A stretch of 64,000 bases of DNA, taken from the NCBI GenBank assembly GCA_043228905.1, contig JBHGNT010000012.1, forward strand, positions 16,492,001 through 16,556,000. Reading direction: 5' to 3'. A model generated the notes under the pieces. It made no database searches and was not told where the DNA came from. It saw only the letters and a program-made list of their open reading frames with translations. The translations under genes and the position numbers were made by a program. Numbering within the stretch: the first letter of the stretch is position 1; each line of letters starts with the position of its first letter. This document shows, one piece after another, positions 51,801 through 64,000 of the stretch. The DNA comes from Azolla caroliniana. Taxonomy: Eukaryota > Plantae > Polypodiophyta.

Positions 51801-54800
51801 GGCGGATCGAGGAGAGCTAGATGCGCGGGAGGCCGAGGAGCTGTTCGACCGGCTAGGCATCAAACTCTCCCTCACCACGGCGTACAATCCGGAGGTGAAC
51901 GGAAAGGTGGAATGTGGGCACGGACCGATTGTAAAGGCGTTGGTGCGTGCATGTGGTGGGCAAGTCGGGAATTGGCCGCGATTCCTTCCTTACGCACTAT
52001 GGGCGGACCGAACTACGCACAGTTCGGTGACAGGGTTAATGCCAGGGGAGCTGATGTATGGACAAAAACCGATCATGCCGGTGGAGCGGACGGTTTCTTA
52101 GTGGGCGGCGGTAGATTGGAAGGACGAAATGAGCCGGGAGGAGTTGCTGGCGGCACGGATTCGGCAACTCAAGCGGAGGCCGGAGGATGTGATACAGGCG
52201 AAGGAAAGGCTGCGAGCGTCAAGGGAGCGGAACAAGTTCTGGTTCAACCGGACGCACCGATTGCGACCAAAGAAGATCGAGGAAGGCGAATGGGTCTTGG
52301 TATACGACAACAGCCTCGACAATCAGCACAAGGCGGTGCGAAAGTTTGCTAGGAGATGGTTCGGGCCCTACACGGTGATGAGCGCGAACGACAACGGCAC
52401 GTACCACCTTGTGGAACTTGATGGGACATGGTTAGCGGTGCTGGTGGCCGGAAAGCGGATCAAAGTGTTCAAAAAGCGGTTCGAAGACGAGCCGGAGCCT
52501 GCGAGCGGGAGCGACAACGATGATCAGTTCGGGTCCGGCGGAGAATCGGAGAGCAACGAGTGAGGCCGGGTTTCTTCGATATCTACCCGTCTCTGGCGCA
52601 TACCGGTCGATGCGCGGTTTGGTGGGGCTGGATGTCGTGAAGAAAACCGGCCATAGGCGGAATCGGAGAGAAAGCGCATAAACCGGCCCTTACACGGATG
52701 GACGCGTGACTTGGTATTTTGTACACGAATCGGTAGAGATAAATACTAAGCCGCACACATTTATTAGGGGGGGATTGTGCATATCCCTGTCAGAGGGACA
52801 GGGAATAAAGGGAAGAGGAGAAGAGAAAAGGGGTATCGTGCGCGAGGGAGAGGGGAGGTCCTGCTGCAGATCTGGGTGCGAGGTCTCTCTCTTCTCCGCC
52901 GGTTGTCATTCTCTGCGGGTGTCGGGAGTTCGCTACCTCTGCTTCGGGGATAGCCCGTGTGCTTCCAGCAGAGTCTCTCCTTTTCCCCCCTTTTGTTTCT
53001 TGGAGTTGTGTGACTGTCGTCGGTGTGCGTGAGTAGGGTCCCCGTGTCGGGTCCGTCGCCGCCTTATCGGTTGTAACCGTTGGAGTTTGTAATCTCTTGT
53101 CATTGTAATTAAGTGTTACGTTCTATATCTGTCCTTCTCACTTCTACGTGTCTGTGAATCTCTCTCTTTGTCTCTCTCTCTCTCGATCCTCGGTCGAAGA
53201 CCCCCGTGGTCCCGCCCCTTTTTACACGTACGCGCGTAACAACGCGACAACGTGGAAAAATCCTCAATGAGGGAAACAACCACAGGAGAAAGCCCAAAGT
53301 AATCCACTATCAACAAAGAGGATACAACACAAATACAAGCTCTACCTCTAGATATGCTAGAGTAAAGTAGAGATATGTAGCAAAAATACTACCAACAAAG
53401 TGGGTACAATAATCCAAAGGTATTATTAAAAGAAAAAAACAAAATGGTGACCGGAAACGTCAACAATCTCCCCCTCCAGTCACACAAGAAGAAGATAACT
53501 TGTATCTCAATTCATCTCCATGCTGGCAAGCTTGGCACATAGCTCAAGCTTCTCCCTTAGAACCACCTTTGTTAGCATGCTAGCAACGTTGTCATTTGTA
53601 TGAACTTTCTCTAGTTGTAACATTTGCTCTTCGATTGCCAATCATAACCAATGATATCTTACATCGATGTGTTTTATTCGTAAAAAATACATTGAGTTCT
53701 TGCTTAGGTCCATTGCACTTTGATTGTCCCAAAAAACCACATAAGTTAATTGATTCAAACCCAATTCTAAAAGAAACCTTTTCATCCAAAGGATTTATTT
53801 CCCAGCCTTAGTTGCCGCAATGTATTCAGCTTCCGTAGTGGATAAGGCAACACACTTTTGCAATTTGGATTGCCATGATATAGCTACCCCTGCAAAAGTA
53901 AATAAGAAACCGGATGTAGATTCCTACCATCAAGATCTCCAGCACTGTTTGCATCTATAAAGCCTTCAAGAATTGTTTTAGAACCTCCAAAACAAATGCA
54001 CAATGTAGATGTACCTTTCAAATACCTTAGAATCCATTCAATGGCATTCCAATGATATTTACCAGGGTTAGAGAGATACCTACTCTCTATGCCAACTACG
54101 TGTGCAATATCTGGTCGTGTGCTAACCATAACATACATTAAGGATCCAACCGCCGAGGCATAGGGAATCGACAACATTTCATCTTTTTCCTCCTTGGTAA
54201 CTGGACAACATTTCCTACTCAATTTAAAGCGAGTGGCAGGAGGAGTACTTACTGGTTTCGCATGTTGCATGTTGAACCACTTGAGGATTCTTTATATGTA
54301 CGTTTCTTGTGAAAGCCACAACTTCTTTGATTCTCTATCAGGAGTTATTTTGTATACCTAAAATGTGCTTAATGGGCCCTAAATCCTTCATGCCAAAAGT
54401 CTTAGATAACTCCACTTTTAACATGTTAATCATATTTAAATCTTGTCCAACAATTACCATATAATCACGTACAAAAGAAGTATAATATAATTACCAACCT
54501 CAAATTGTTTAACATACATACAATGGTCCGCATTAGTCCTTTCATAACCTTGACTCACCATAAATGAATCAAACTTTTTGTACCATGGTCGTGGTTCTTG
54601 TTTCAAGCCATTGAGACTTGTTGAGCGAACAAGCTCAACCAGATCCGGATTGGCTGTATAAGCTAGAGCCGGATGGTATCCTGAAGAAAGAGCCAGATCG
54701 GGATCGGGGAGATGGATCGGAGAGCTGGACCCACGCGTGTACCAATAGGCCGTTTAGAGGTCTACGCTTCTAGATTACTAGGTAGTCATGCTCCTCATAG

Positions 54801-57456
54801 TTAGTGTCAGCCGCTCGTATGAGCATTGAAGTACGTAGTACTTTTATCAGTCCCTTGTGGACTGAGCACATCCTATGTACAGAGTGTTATTATTTTAAAT
54901 TGAGTTTATGCTTTATGCTCTCTCTGTCTCTCTTGTGTATCCTCTGTTCTTAAGCTTCCATTAAACCTTCATTCTCTGTTTTATGTTACTATCTGGATAA
55001 ATCGGTTTGTCAAAGCTTCCACGTATTAACTTTGACATGGTATTAGAGCGCGAGGGTTGAGAACCTCCGTAGTTGACGAGCGATTACTGAAGACAAATCC
55101 TAACACCTGGTAAAGAGAGAAAGATGGACAGAGGTATGGCAAGCTCACTTCTGACCGAGAAGCTTGATAGACATAACTATGCATCATGGTCATACAAGAT
55201 GCACCAGTATCTGCTCGGACATGGATACTAGAGTTATGTTGAGGGTGCGATTGAAATAGCACCGGAGCTGTCGGAAAAGTAGTTCCCAACATGGGAACAA
55301 TGAGCAAGCTACATTAGAGATGCTAAGACGCTCAAACAGGTCTGGGAAAATCTGAAAAAGATTTTCGCCACAAGTACCTCAACCCGCAAGCTACAACTTC
55401 GGCAAGAACCGAACAATATCTGACGAAAGGATATGTCAATTTTAGACTACACCGCGAAGATAAAGGAGATTTGCGACTCATTAGGGTCCATTGACATCAC
55501 GATAGAGGAGGACGAAATGGTGCAAATTTGCCTTGGTGGTCTGGCTCAAAGGTACGGGCCCATCCGGACCACCATCCTCACCTGGGAGAAACCATCATCC
55601 TTCTTCGACCTGCAACCGATGCTCATGGTCGAAGAAAACCACACGAGTGTCAAGGACCACTCAATTGGACAACCAGATGATGGACATGAAGGCAGATCGG
55701 CCCCCATGGGCATGGACGACGAGGTGGATTGGCACGCAATGCAGGCGGCCGACAAGAGCAGAACTGGAGGCACAAAGATAGTGCGGATAGCAATTCCGGA
55801 CCCTCCACTAGCAGGGGAGTCAAGGTGGCACCGAAAATCGGCAAGGGAAAACCGACACGGAATGTTGCTACAGTGGCAAGAAAGGCCCTTGGGAATGCGA
55901 GTGTTGGAAGAAGCACACCAATTCGGATAAATCCGGATCTGGCAAGGCCGGACAAGGGAACCGGCAAAGCTCACACTACGCTGAAGGATCAGAAGGATCT
56001 GGAACCAGTAACACCGAAAAAGTGTCAGCCTTTATGATGAAGCACAAGGCGAACTCAATGAAGAAGATCACTTCCAAATCGGAGGAAGTGTGGTATGTTG
56101 ACTCCGGAGCGTCTAACCACATGACGAGCCACGAAGAGTGGTTCTCATTTTGGGAAAAGCCGGAGCAACTGGGAGTTGTCGAAATCGGACACGACACTCC
56201 TCACCCGATCGTGCATGTTAGAGAAGTCCTTTTAAGCCATGTTGGACAAAAGGGAAAGCTGATGAACGCACTACATGTTCCGATAATCACAAAGAACCTT
56301 GTGTCGGTCAGGTAGATCGTTGACCAGGGGATGCAGGTGTGGTTCACGCACCTCGGGTGCCTCATAGAGGAAGAAGGCCGGATAATCACGCAGGGACGGG
56401 AGGATGTTCATCCTCGACACCAACAAAGTCGGCACTACAATGTTCTCAAAAGGATAGAAGATCGAATTAGACATCGATCTTTGGCACAAGCAGATCAACA
56501 CGTCAATTATCAGAGGCTTCAGGACCTCCAAACAAAACAAGTTGTTTTCCGACTACCGAAATTTAGTGGCCGGAAGGCCCAAATTTGTGAAGATTGCCAA
56601 CTCAGGAAGCAACACCGACTTCCCTTCCCCACCGAAAGAAACCAGAGCCATAACAAGTTCTATCTAATACATTCGGATGTATGGGGACCGGCACAAAACG
56701 TTAGTCTTGGTGGGATCCGATATTTCATCTCCTTCATCGACGACTATAACCGGCACACATGGATCTACCTAATCGAAAGGAAAAGCGAAGTTTTTGACTG
56801 TTTCCGGAACTTGCCAAGTCTGGTTGAACGGGAAACGGAAAGGAAGATCAAGTGCTTGCGGCCGGATGGTGGAAAAGAATATTTTTTCCGACCAATTCAA
56901 CAGTTATCTGCAACAAATGGGAATTTAGAGAGAATTCAGTTGCAGATACACACCGGAACAAAAGGGTGTGGCCGAAAGAAAGAACCGGTCGATTGTCGAC
57001 GTGGCAAGGGCAATGCTGGAGGAGAAGAGCATGCCCAAGTTTGACTGGGTTGAGGCGGTCTGGGCGGCCTTCTACATCCAAAACCGGATTGGGGATAAGG
57101 TGTCAGCACACAAGCTGTAGTTCGGGCGGAAGCCGAACTTGAGGTACCTTAGGATATTTGGTGGCATAGCCTATGTGCATGTACTGGATGAGAAGCGGAA
57201 GAACCTGGACCCAAAGTCGGACAGATGCATACTAGTCGGCCACTCTCATGAGCAGAAGGGGTATAAGTGCTATATCCCCCGGACAAAACAAGTTCGAGTG
57301 AGCCGAGAGGTTGAATTTGATGAGTCAGTGTTGTGATACTCTCTATCGGCTCCGATGTCAGAATCCGACCCGATTCCAGAGGATGAAGCCAGTGAGCCCG
57401 AAACGATGTGAGCAGAAGAAGAAGAAGACTTCGGTACTCTAGTTGAAAGTCCGATC

Positions 57457-58174
57457 TCATTTCAGCTGAGCAGGCCAAATGAAGCGCTAAATTGGAAGGA
57501 CCAGCAAGATGATGAGCCAACGACAAACAAGATGATGCTCTCCCCGTGTAAGGAACTGAAGAGATGGTTCACACGCAAGGAAAAGGGGAAGAAGAAGATG
57601 CCGGAGTACGACACCGGCAGCCACAAGTTAGATCAGAGTGAATCCGACTACGGAAAGACCGAAGATGGACCTTCGGAGAACGAAGTCCGAGTCGGCCAAG
57701 AGGGCCTTGCAATCGACGAACGCGAAGTTACGGCGATGGATCCACCAGACGAACCCCGTCAAAAGGTATGGTACAATGAGTACATGGCGCATCACTATGC
57801 GTACATGACGAAAGTCATTTCAGCTGAGTAGGCCAAATGAAGTGCTGAGCCGGACGGACCAGCAAGATGATGAGCCGGTGACGAACAAGATGATGCTCTC
57901 CCTGTGTAAGGAACTGAAGAGATGGTTCACACGCAAGGAAAAGGGGAAGAAGAAGATGCCGGAATACGACACTGGCAGACACAAGCTAGATCAGAGTGAA
58001 TCCGACTACAGAAAGACCGAAGACGGACCTTCGGAGAACGAAGTCCGAGTCAGCCAAGAGGGCCTTGCAATTGACGAACGCGAAGTTACGCCGATGGATC
58101 CACTAGACAAACCCTGTCAAAAGGTATGGGTACAATGAGTACATGGCGCATCACTATGCGTACATGACGGAAGT
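57457..58174 (+). repeat. About 358-bp tandem duplication within element D
   Basis: TCATTTCAGCTGAG starts copies at 57457 and 57815; ORFs 57532-57831 and 57842-58138 are near duplicates. Confidence 0.9.
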
Positions 58175-58501
58175 GCGTGAGCTGGAGAGCTACGCAACAA
58201 CGGAAAAAGATGCGAATTGGCATGCCGCAATGGAGGAAGAAATGCGGGCACTAGATGCCAACGACACATGGGACCTGGTTGACCCTCCCCGACATTGCAA
58301 ACCGATCGGTTGCAAGTGGGTGTACAAGGTCAAATATAATGTTGCTGGTTCAGTCAACCAGTACAAGGCCCGTTTAGTGGCGAAATGATACTCGCAGACC
58401 CTCAGAATCAACTACGATGAGACCTTCACCCTATAGCGAAGAAGACAACGGTTCGTGTGGTGCTGGCGGTTGCCGCGACAAGGGGGTGACATCTTCATTA
58501 G

Positions 58502-58938
58502 TGTTGTCCACCGGAATAGTAACTGACGTACAAGAGCGTAGGAATAAGAAATAATATAAGATCATAATGCATGTAATGGTTCACGCAGGAAGCGTGAACG
58601 GCTAAATAGACCCTGCATATATAAAGGGCAGAAAACCTCTGATAGAGGGAGCGTGTAATTTTGGAATGTAAAGGAACGTATCATAATAGAATTCTATCTT
58701 CTCTGGAAGTCTGTGTATAGCTACGGCTAATCTATTGTATGTTTGGAATACCTGTGCGTGTAAGAGCATAAGTGTAACCATTGCTAAGGAGTCGTTTGTA
58801 GCCATCTCCCTTATACGCTGATAGGTTACATGGAACATTCCCCTACGCATTACGCATAAACGCCTATTCGTTGTTCCACAACCACTTGAAGGTCTAGGTC
58901 GAAGGACTGATCGTAGACCGTGTTCCTAATAGTTAACA
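58502..58938. mobile_element. Solo LTR inserted in the RT of D
   Basis: TGTTG...TAACA ends; TSD ATTAG on both sides; splits the WHLHQ/MDVK RT motif. Confidence 0.88.
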
Positions 58939-59354
58939 ATTAGATGGATGTGAAGAATGTGTCTCTTCAAGGTTATCTTGAAAAACAGGTCTACATGCTC
59001 CAGCCCCCCGATTTCGAGTCGGAGATGAACAAGTCGACAGTATGACGATTCAAGAAATTGCTTTATGGTCTGATGCAAGGCCCTCGACCTTGGAATGCGA
59101 AAATCACAGATCAAATGCATATGAAGGGTTTTGCAACCTCAAAATCCGACTCTTCATTGCTCATCCGGAAAGGTCCGGATGGCCCAGTATGTATCTTGCT
59201 ATATGTAGATGATCTAGTGATCAGTAGACCCGGCCTCGATGACATTGGCCGAGTGGAGTCCTAGTTGCCGGATGCATTTGATATGAAGGACTTGGGGGAC
59301 CTTCATTATTTTCTAGGGATTGAGGTGATCCATACCCCTTATGGCATATTGCTC

Positions 59355-62300
59355 TATTGAGAGACAATCTCAACATTCGTGCGTAATACGATGCGTAACC
59401 TAGTGCGTAGACTGGGTGCGTAAATCGGTACGCATAACATGGCGAGGCCGTTGGGAAGATATTCCTCGTAAGGAATAATTTTGGGAGTTAGTGTAGTAGG
59501 ATCATTTATGAGTGGTCAAGTATTGACAGTACTTGTGTCAGCCCTATTGTTAGGGCTTGTATAAAAGGTGCTCACTGAGCACGGTGTATGTACAGATTGA
59601 GTATTATTTTGAATTGAGTTTTTGTGTGTTCTCTCTCTTTGTCTCTCCCGCGTACTGTGTATATTCAAGCTCTCCATTAAACCTGCGTATTTTCTATGTT
59701 CGGTTTTCTATTGATTCGGCACATAATCTTTTTCATGGTATCAGAGTGCGAGGGTTGAGAACCTCTGCAACCGACATAGCTTGAAAAGAAAACTAACCAA
59801 GAAGAACAGGAAAAACAAAATGGATAGAGGCATGGCAACTACGCGTCTTGGTCCTACAAGATGCACCAGTACCTGCTCGGGCACGATTACTGGAGCTATG
59901 TCGACGGAGCGAATGACACAACACCCGAATCGACACACAGAGATTTCCCGGCGTGGGAACAGTCGGCGAGCAGAGTACTGTACTGCTTCACGTCTTGTGT
60001 GGGTGAACATCTCCTGAGCTATATTCGGGATGCGAAAACGCCAAAGGATGCTTGGGGAAATCTGAAGAAGATCTTCGCCGCAACCACCACAGCCAGGAAG
60101 CTTCAACTCCGACAGGAGCTGAGCAATTTACGACAAATGGGAAGCGCTCTTCCTACACAGAAGCTCGACAGAACGAACTTTGCATCTTGGGAATACAAGA
60201 TGCATCAATATCTTGTCGGACAAGGCTACTGGAGCTATGTCGAAGGAGCTCATGAATCGCACCCCAACCCAACACACGCCGACTATCCCGCTTGGGAGCA
60301 GGCCGCAAGCCGTGTGTTGTATTGCCTTGCATCATGCGTTCATGATCAAATGCTTGGCTACATTCGAGAGGCAAAAACGCCGAAGCAGGAATGGGAAAAC
60401 CTCAAGAAGATTTTCGGAGCCAATACGGCCGCACAAAAGCTCCAACTTCGATAGGAGCTGAACAATCTTCAACAAAGGGACATGCCAATCGGCAACTACA
60501 CCTTAAAGATTAAGAAGTTGTGCGATGCCCTTGGATCAGTCAATGTTAGCATTGACGACAAAGAAATGGTGCACATATGCCTCAGTGGCTTAGCACCGCG
60601 ATTTGGTGCAATAAGATCGGTCGTTCTCGTGAGAGAGAATCCTCCCTCCTTTTTTTATCTCCAATCGTTATTGCTGGTCGAAGAGAATCACGTGCGTCAA
60701 AGAAACAATGCACACAAAGGATAGATGTTATATTCGAACTTCGATGGAGGAAGAGGACATGGTCGTGGCAAGAGAGGCCAATACGGCCAAGGTCGACACA
60801 ATCAACATCATAACTCCCACCAATGTCAAGAGAACAAAAACGGCCCCAGAGAATTCGGTGGAAGGGGGAGCCATCATGCCGGACCAAGCAACTGTAGGAA
60901 CCCAGTTGAGTGCGGGTACTGTGGAAAACCCGACCACTATGAAGAGGAGTGTTGGAAGAAGAAGCGTGAGCAAGGCCCACAACTAACAAATTACGCCACG
61001 AACTCCGATTTTGGCGACCGCGGCGGATTGTTCATAATGAAGCGCGAAGCGCACTCAATGTCCGCACTTGCGTCAACTACTGCTTCCACTCTGAATGACG
61101 TATGGTTTGTCGATTCGGGAGCATCCAATCACATGACATCCCATGAAGATTGGTGTGAAAGTGTTTTTAGAATCAAAGCCATTGAACATTAGAAGAATAT
61201 ACAGTATGGATAATTCACATTTGGAAACTAAGAACACGAACCAAGACCTTAGGAAGAAGTCAAAAGTAAAAGTAAGAGACCAAGAGAAAAGTAAAAAGAG
61301 AAAAAGTGGACCATAAAAAACAGTAAAAAAGGAATGGTTATAACTCCTTTTTTCACCCAAATATTATGTTTAAATATGGGTTAGAAAGCTTGTAAAGAGA
61401 GCTACCTATAGAGTTTTAAATCACTAAATTTGGAGCTCTGATGAGGGCGATATGACGACAGAAAACAGACCTACCTCAAGAACGTGCTGCATGTCCCCAC
61501 CAACACAAAAAACCTGGTCTGAGTCAGCCAAATTGTTGAACAAGGAATGCAAGTACGCTTCAATAATGACGGATGCTTCATCGAAAAAGACGATCAAGTC
61601 GTAGTCACGACCAACGAGAAGGCCGTATGTTCATCCTCGAATCGAGTGAGGTAAAGTCGGCCATGTACGCAAAGGGCCAAAAAGTCGAAATTGACTTAAA
61701 ACTGTGGCACAAGAGAATCTGCCACATTAATCTCCAGAAATTACAAAACATGCATTCGAAAGGATTCGTAATCGGACTCCCGAACTTTACGACAAAGGAG
61801 ATTACAGGTGTATGTGAAGCATGTCAGTTCGGAAAGCAATGTCGTCACCCATTCCCCAACGAGCGGAATGTGTGCAAAGGGATTCTGGATGTCGTACATT
61901 CAGATGTGTGCGGACCAACCTAGCTAGCAACATTCGGCAGATGCCGATACTATGTCATGTTCATCGACGACTTCTCCAGGAACACCTAGATCTATCCGTT
62001 GAAGCAGAAGAGTGAAGTGTTCAAGCACTTCCAGACATTCAAGGCCGAAGTCGAAAAAACCACGGCTCGGCATATACGTTGTCTTCGATCAGATGGAGGC
62101 AAAGAATATTTTTCGGAAGCATTTTCGGCATATCTTTGAAAAGAAGGAATCCGATGAGAGCTCTCGTGTCGACACACGCCTCAACAAAATGGCGTAGCAG
62201 AGCGTAAAAATCGTCATGTAGTAGAAGTCGCACGAGCCATGATGAACGAGACGAACCTGCCGAAATCATATTGGGCAGAAGCGGCAAATACGGTTGTATA

Positions 62301-64000
62301 TCTCATGAATAGGTGCACAACCTCGGGAGTACACGATATAACTCCGCATGAGAAATTCTTCGAAAAGAAGCCAAACTTGTCACATGTCCGCATTTTCGGT
62401 TCTATCGCCTATATACATATTCCTGACGATACACGGCAACAGCTTGACCCAAAGTCGGAGAAATGTATCCTCGTAGGATACTCACTCGAACAGAAGGGGT
62501 ACAAATGCTATAAACCATCTACACGTAAGGTTCGAACAAGTCGAGACGTAGTCTTCGATGAACACACATCCTGGTACGCACCAGAGAATGCTTCGACTCC
62601 AACCCCGCTCGACGCGGATGGCTGAGTGGGCCATTAGAGCCACTGAGCGATGAAAGCACATCTCGGCCGAGTCTGAAGTTGGACAAAGGGAAGGTGAAAA
62701 TGCGGGAATATGAAGATCAATTCAAATTCGAATCGACCCACTCCCTTGATAGTGAGTTCAAAGGCCTTGACACTGGGACAAACAACGTAAAGAAAGCTTT
62801 AGAATCCGCGAACGAAAAGCTACGCTGGCCACCCGAGAGAAGAACCCTGTAAACCGTTACGGCTACGATGAGTACATGGTGTATCACTACGTTTTTATGA
62901 TGAAAGTAGCGACAGTAATGGAACCGAAAACGCTTTCCGAAGCCGCAAAGGATCCGCGATGGGTCGACGGGATGAATGAGGAGATGGAAGCTTTATGCAA
63001 AAATGAGACATGGGATCTCGTTCCTCTCCCCCCCAAACAAAGTAAAATACAATGCAGACGGATCCGTGAATCGCTTCAAACCATGGCTCATTGCGAAAGG
63101 CTACGCGCAAATGCATGGCATAGACTACGAAGAAACCTTTGCCCCGGTGGCAAAGATGACAACTGTACGGACAATAATTGTACTCGCCGCAGCGAAGGGA
63201 TGGCACCTCCACCAAATGGACGTGAAAAATGCTTTCCTCCAAGGAGAGTTAGAAGAAGAGGTGTACATGATACAACCACCTGGATTCGAATCACGTACTA
63301 AGCATCCGCATGCCATATGCCAACTCAAGAAGCCACTCTACGGCCTCAAACAAGTACCGCGTGCTTGGCACTCAAAGATCATGCAATATCTTCACCAAGT
63401 CGGATTTCGAATGTCAAAATCTGACACCTCTCTGTACATCTGAAATGAGTCGGATAGCCCGATCATCATCATCCTGTACGTGGATGATTTGGTCATAGGA
63501 GGGAAGGATCTCACCGAGATTAACAAAGTCAAATCACTTCTTTCCAGCAGATTCGAAATGAAAGACTTACACGACCTCTATTACTTCCTAGGTATTGAAG
63601 TAATTCGAACACCAGTCGGAATAATGATCTCTCAACAGCACTACATTCGCAACTTACTCTACAAGTTCAGAATGACTAAGTGCAAGCCTGTGTCTACCCC
63701 TCTTGATCGTAATCTCAAGATCGATGCCAATTCGGGAACCGCTGAGAGCGAGCCGACTCAGTATCGACAACTGATTGGTAGTTTGATCTATCTGACCATT
63801 ACGTGACCCGACCTCAATTATTCAGTTGGCCTACTTAGCCAATTTATGCAGAATCTGTGAAATCTTCACTGGACTGCACTAAGAGGATACTTTGGTATGT
63901 CAGTACGACAATGAACTACGACATTATGTACAAGACCAATGCGATCATTCGACTCGAAAGGTACACAGACGCGGACTGGGAAGGATATAAAGCGGACATG
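59355..64000 (+). mobile_element. Degenerate Copia element F inserted in the RT of D, running off the window (5' LTR 59355-59735)
   Basis: LTR ends TTTCA, then PBS TGGTATCAGAG at 59736; gag, CGYCGKPDH...C knuckle, WFVDSGASNHMT, integrase and RT (MDVKNAFL, YVDD) remnants. Confidence 0.88.

Larger units (their letters stand above)
39321..53249 (+). mobile_element. Non-chromovirus Ty3/Gypsy element B with tRNA-Trp PBS
   Basis: LTRs 39321-39941 and 52633-53249 (TGTCG...CGACA); TSD ACGT; PBS TGGTGAACCCGACGTGAA 39946-39963; gag CMWCDAIGHIRKDC, protease VDHGS, RT PFLDD, RNase H VDTS, integrase with GPY/F motif; several stops. Confidence 0.92.
39215..54618 (-). mobile_element. Host Copia element A: 3' LTR split into 39215-39320 and 53254-53465; RNase H and RT remnants 53480-54618
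   Basis: PPT GGAGGGGGAG on - next to TGTTGAC at 53465; PYASAVGSLMY, STTEAEY and GLKQ.PR.WY remnants; the LTR halves rejoin across the ACGT TSD; outer LTR end at 39215 is tentative. Confidence 0.8.
54619..59354 (+). mobile_element. Degenerate Copia element D inserted in the RT of A (5' LTR 54619-55037)
   Basis: TGTTGAG...TTTGACA followed by PBS TGGTATTAGAGC at 55038; gag, WYVDSGASNHMT, integrase and RT (YVDD) remnants; interrupted at 59355 by element F. Confidence 0.85.

Noticed and set aside
51225-52352. 375-aa overlapping ORF in Gypsy B
   Set aside because: Alternative frame of GC-rich integrase sequence with no recognisable motif

Overview
Nuclear DNA of a land plant, probably a fern (inferred from the style of the PLS-PPR protein, the plastid ndhB fragment and the retrotransposon families). 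There are three host genes: a PLS-class PPR ORF (13810-15351, -) with a damaged-looking 5' end, a 4-exon raffinose/stachyose-synthase-family (GH36) gene (17369-21924, -) and a 2-exon CYP71-clan P450 (37091-38730, +). Most of the rest is LTR retrotransposons: an internally deleted Copia (1218-3377), an intact and very young Copia (5224-10750), a decayed Copia (about 24032-28131), a chromovirus Gypsy (30208-35628), and a multi-level nest from 39215 to the window end. Also present are a mitochondrial-plus-plastid DNA mosaic (3954-4600), a hAT-type MITE, tandem repeats and microsatellites. I cannot demonstrate a wholly new biological system. The best leads are a covarying hairpin shared by four different LTR families, the strong CCGG bias and palindromic U3 array of the intact Copia, a 153-aa His/Asn/Asp repeat insertion in the GH36 enzyme, and a tRNA-Trp-primed Gypsy with a 4-bp TSD. 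All boundaries were read by eye.
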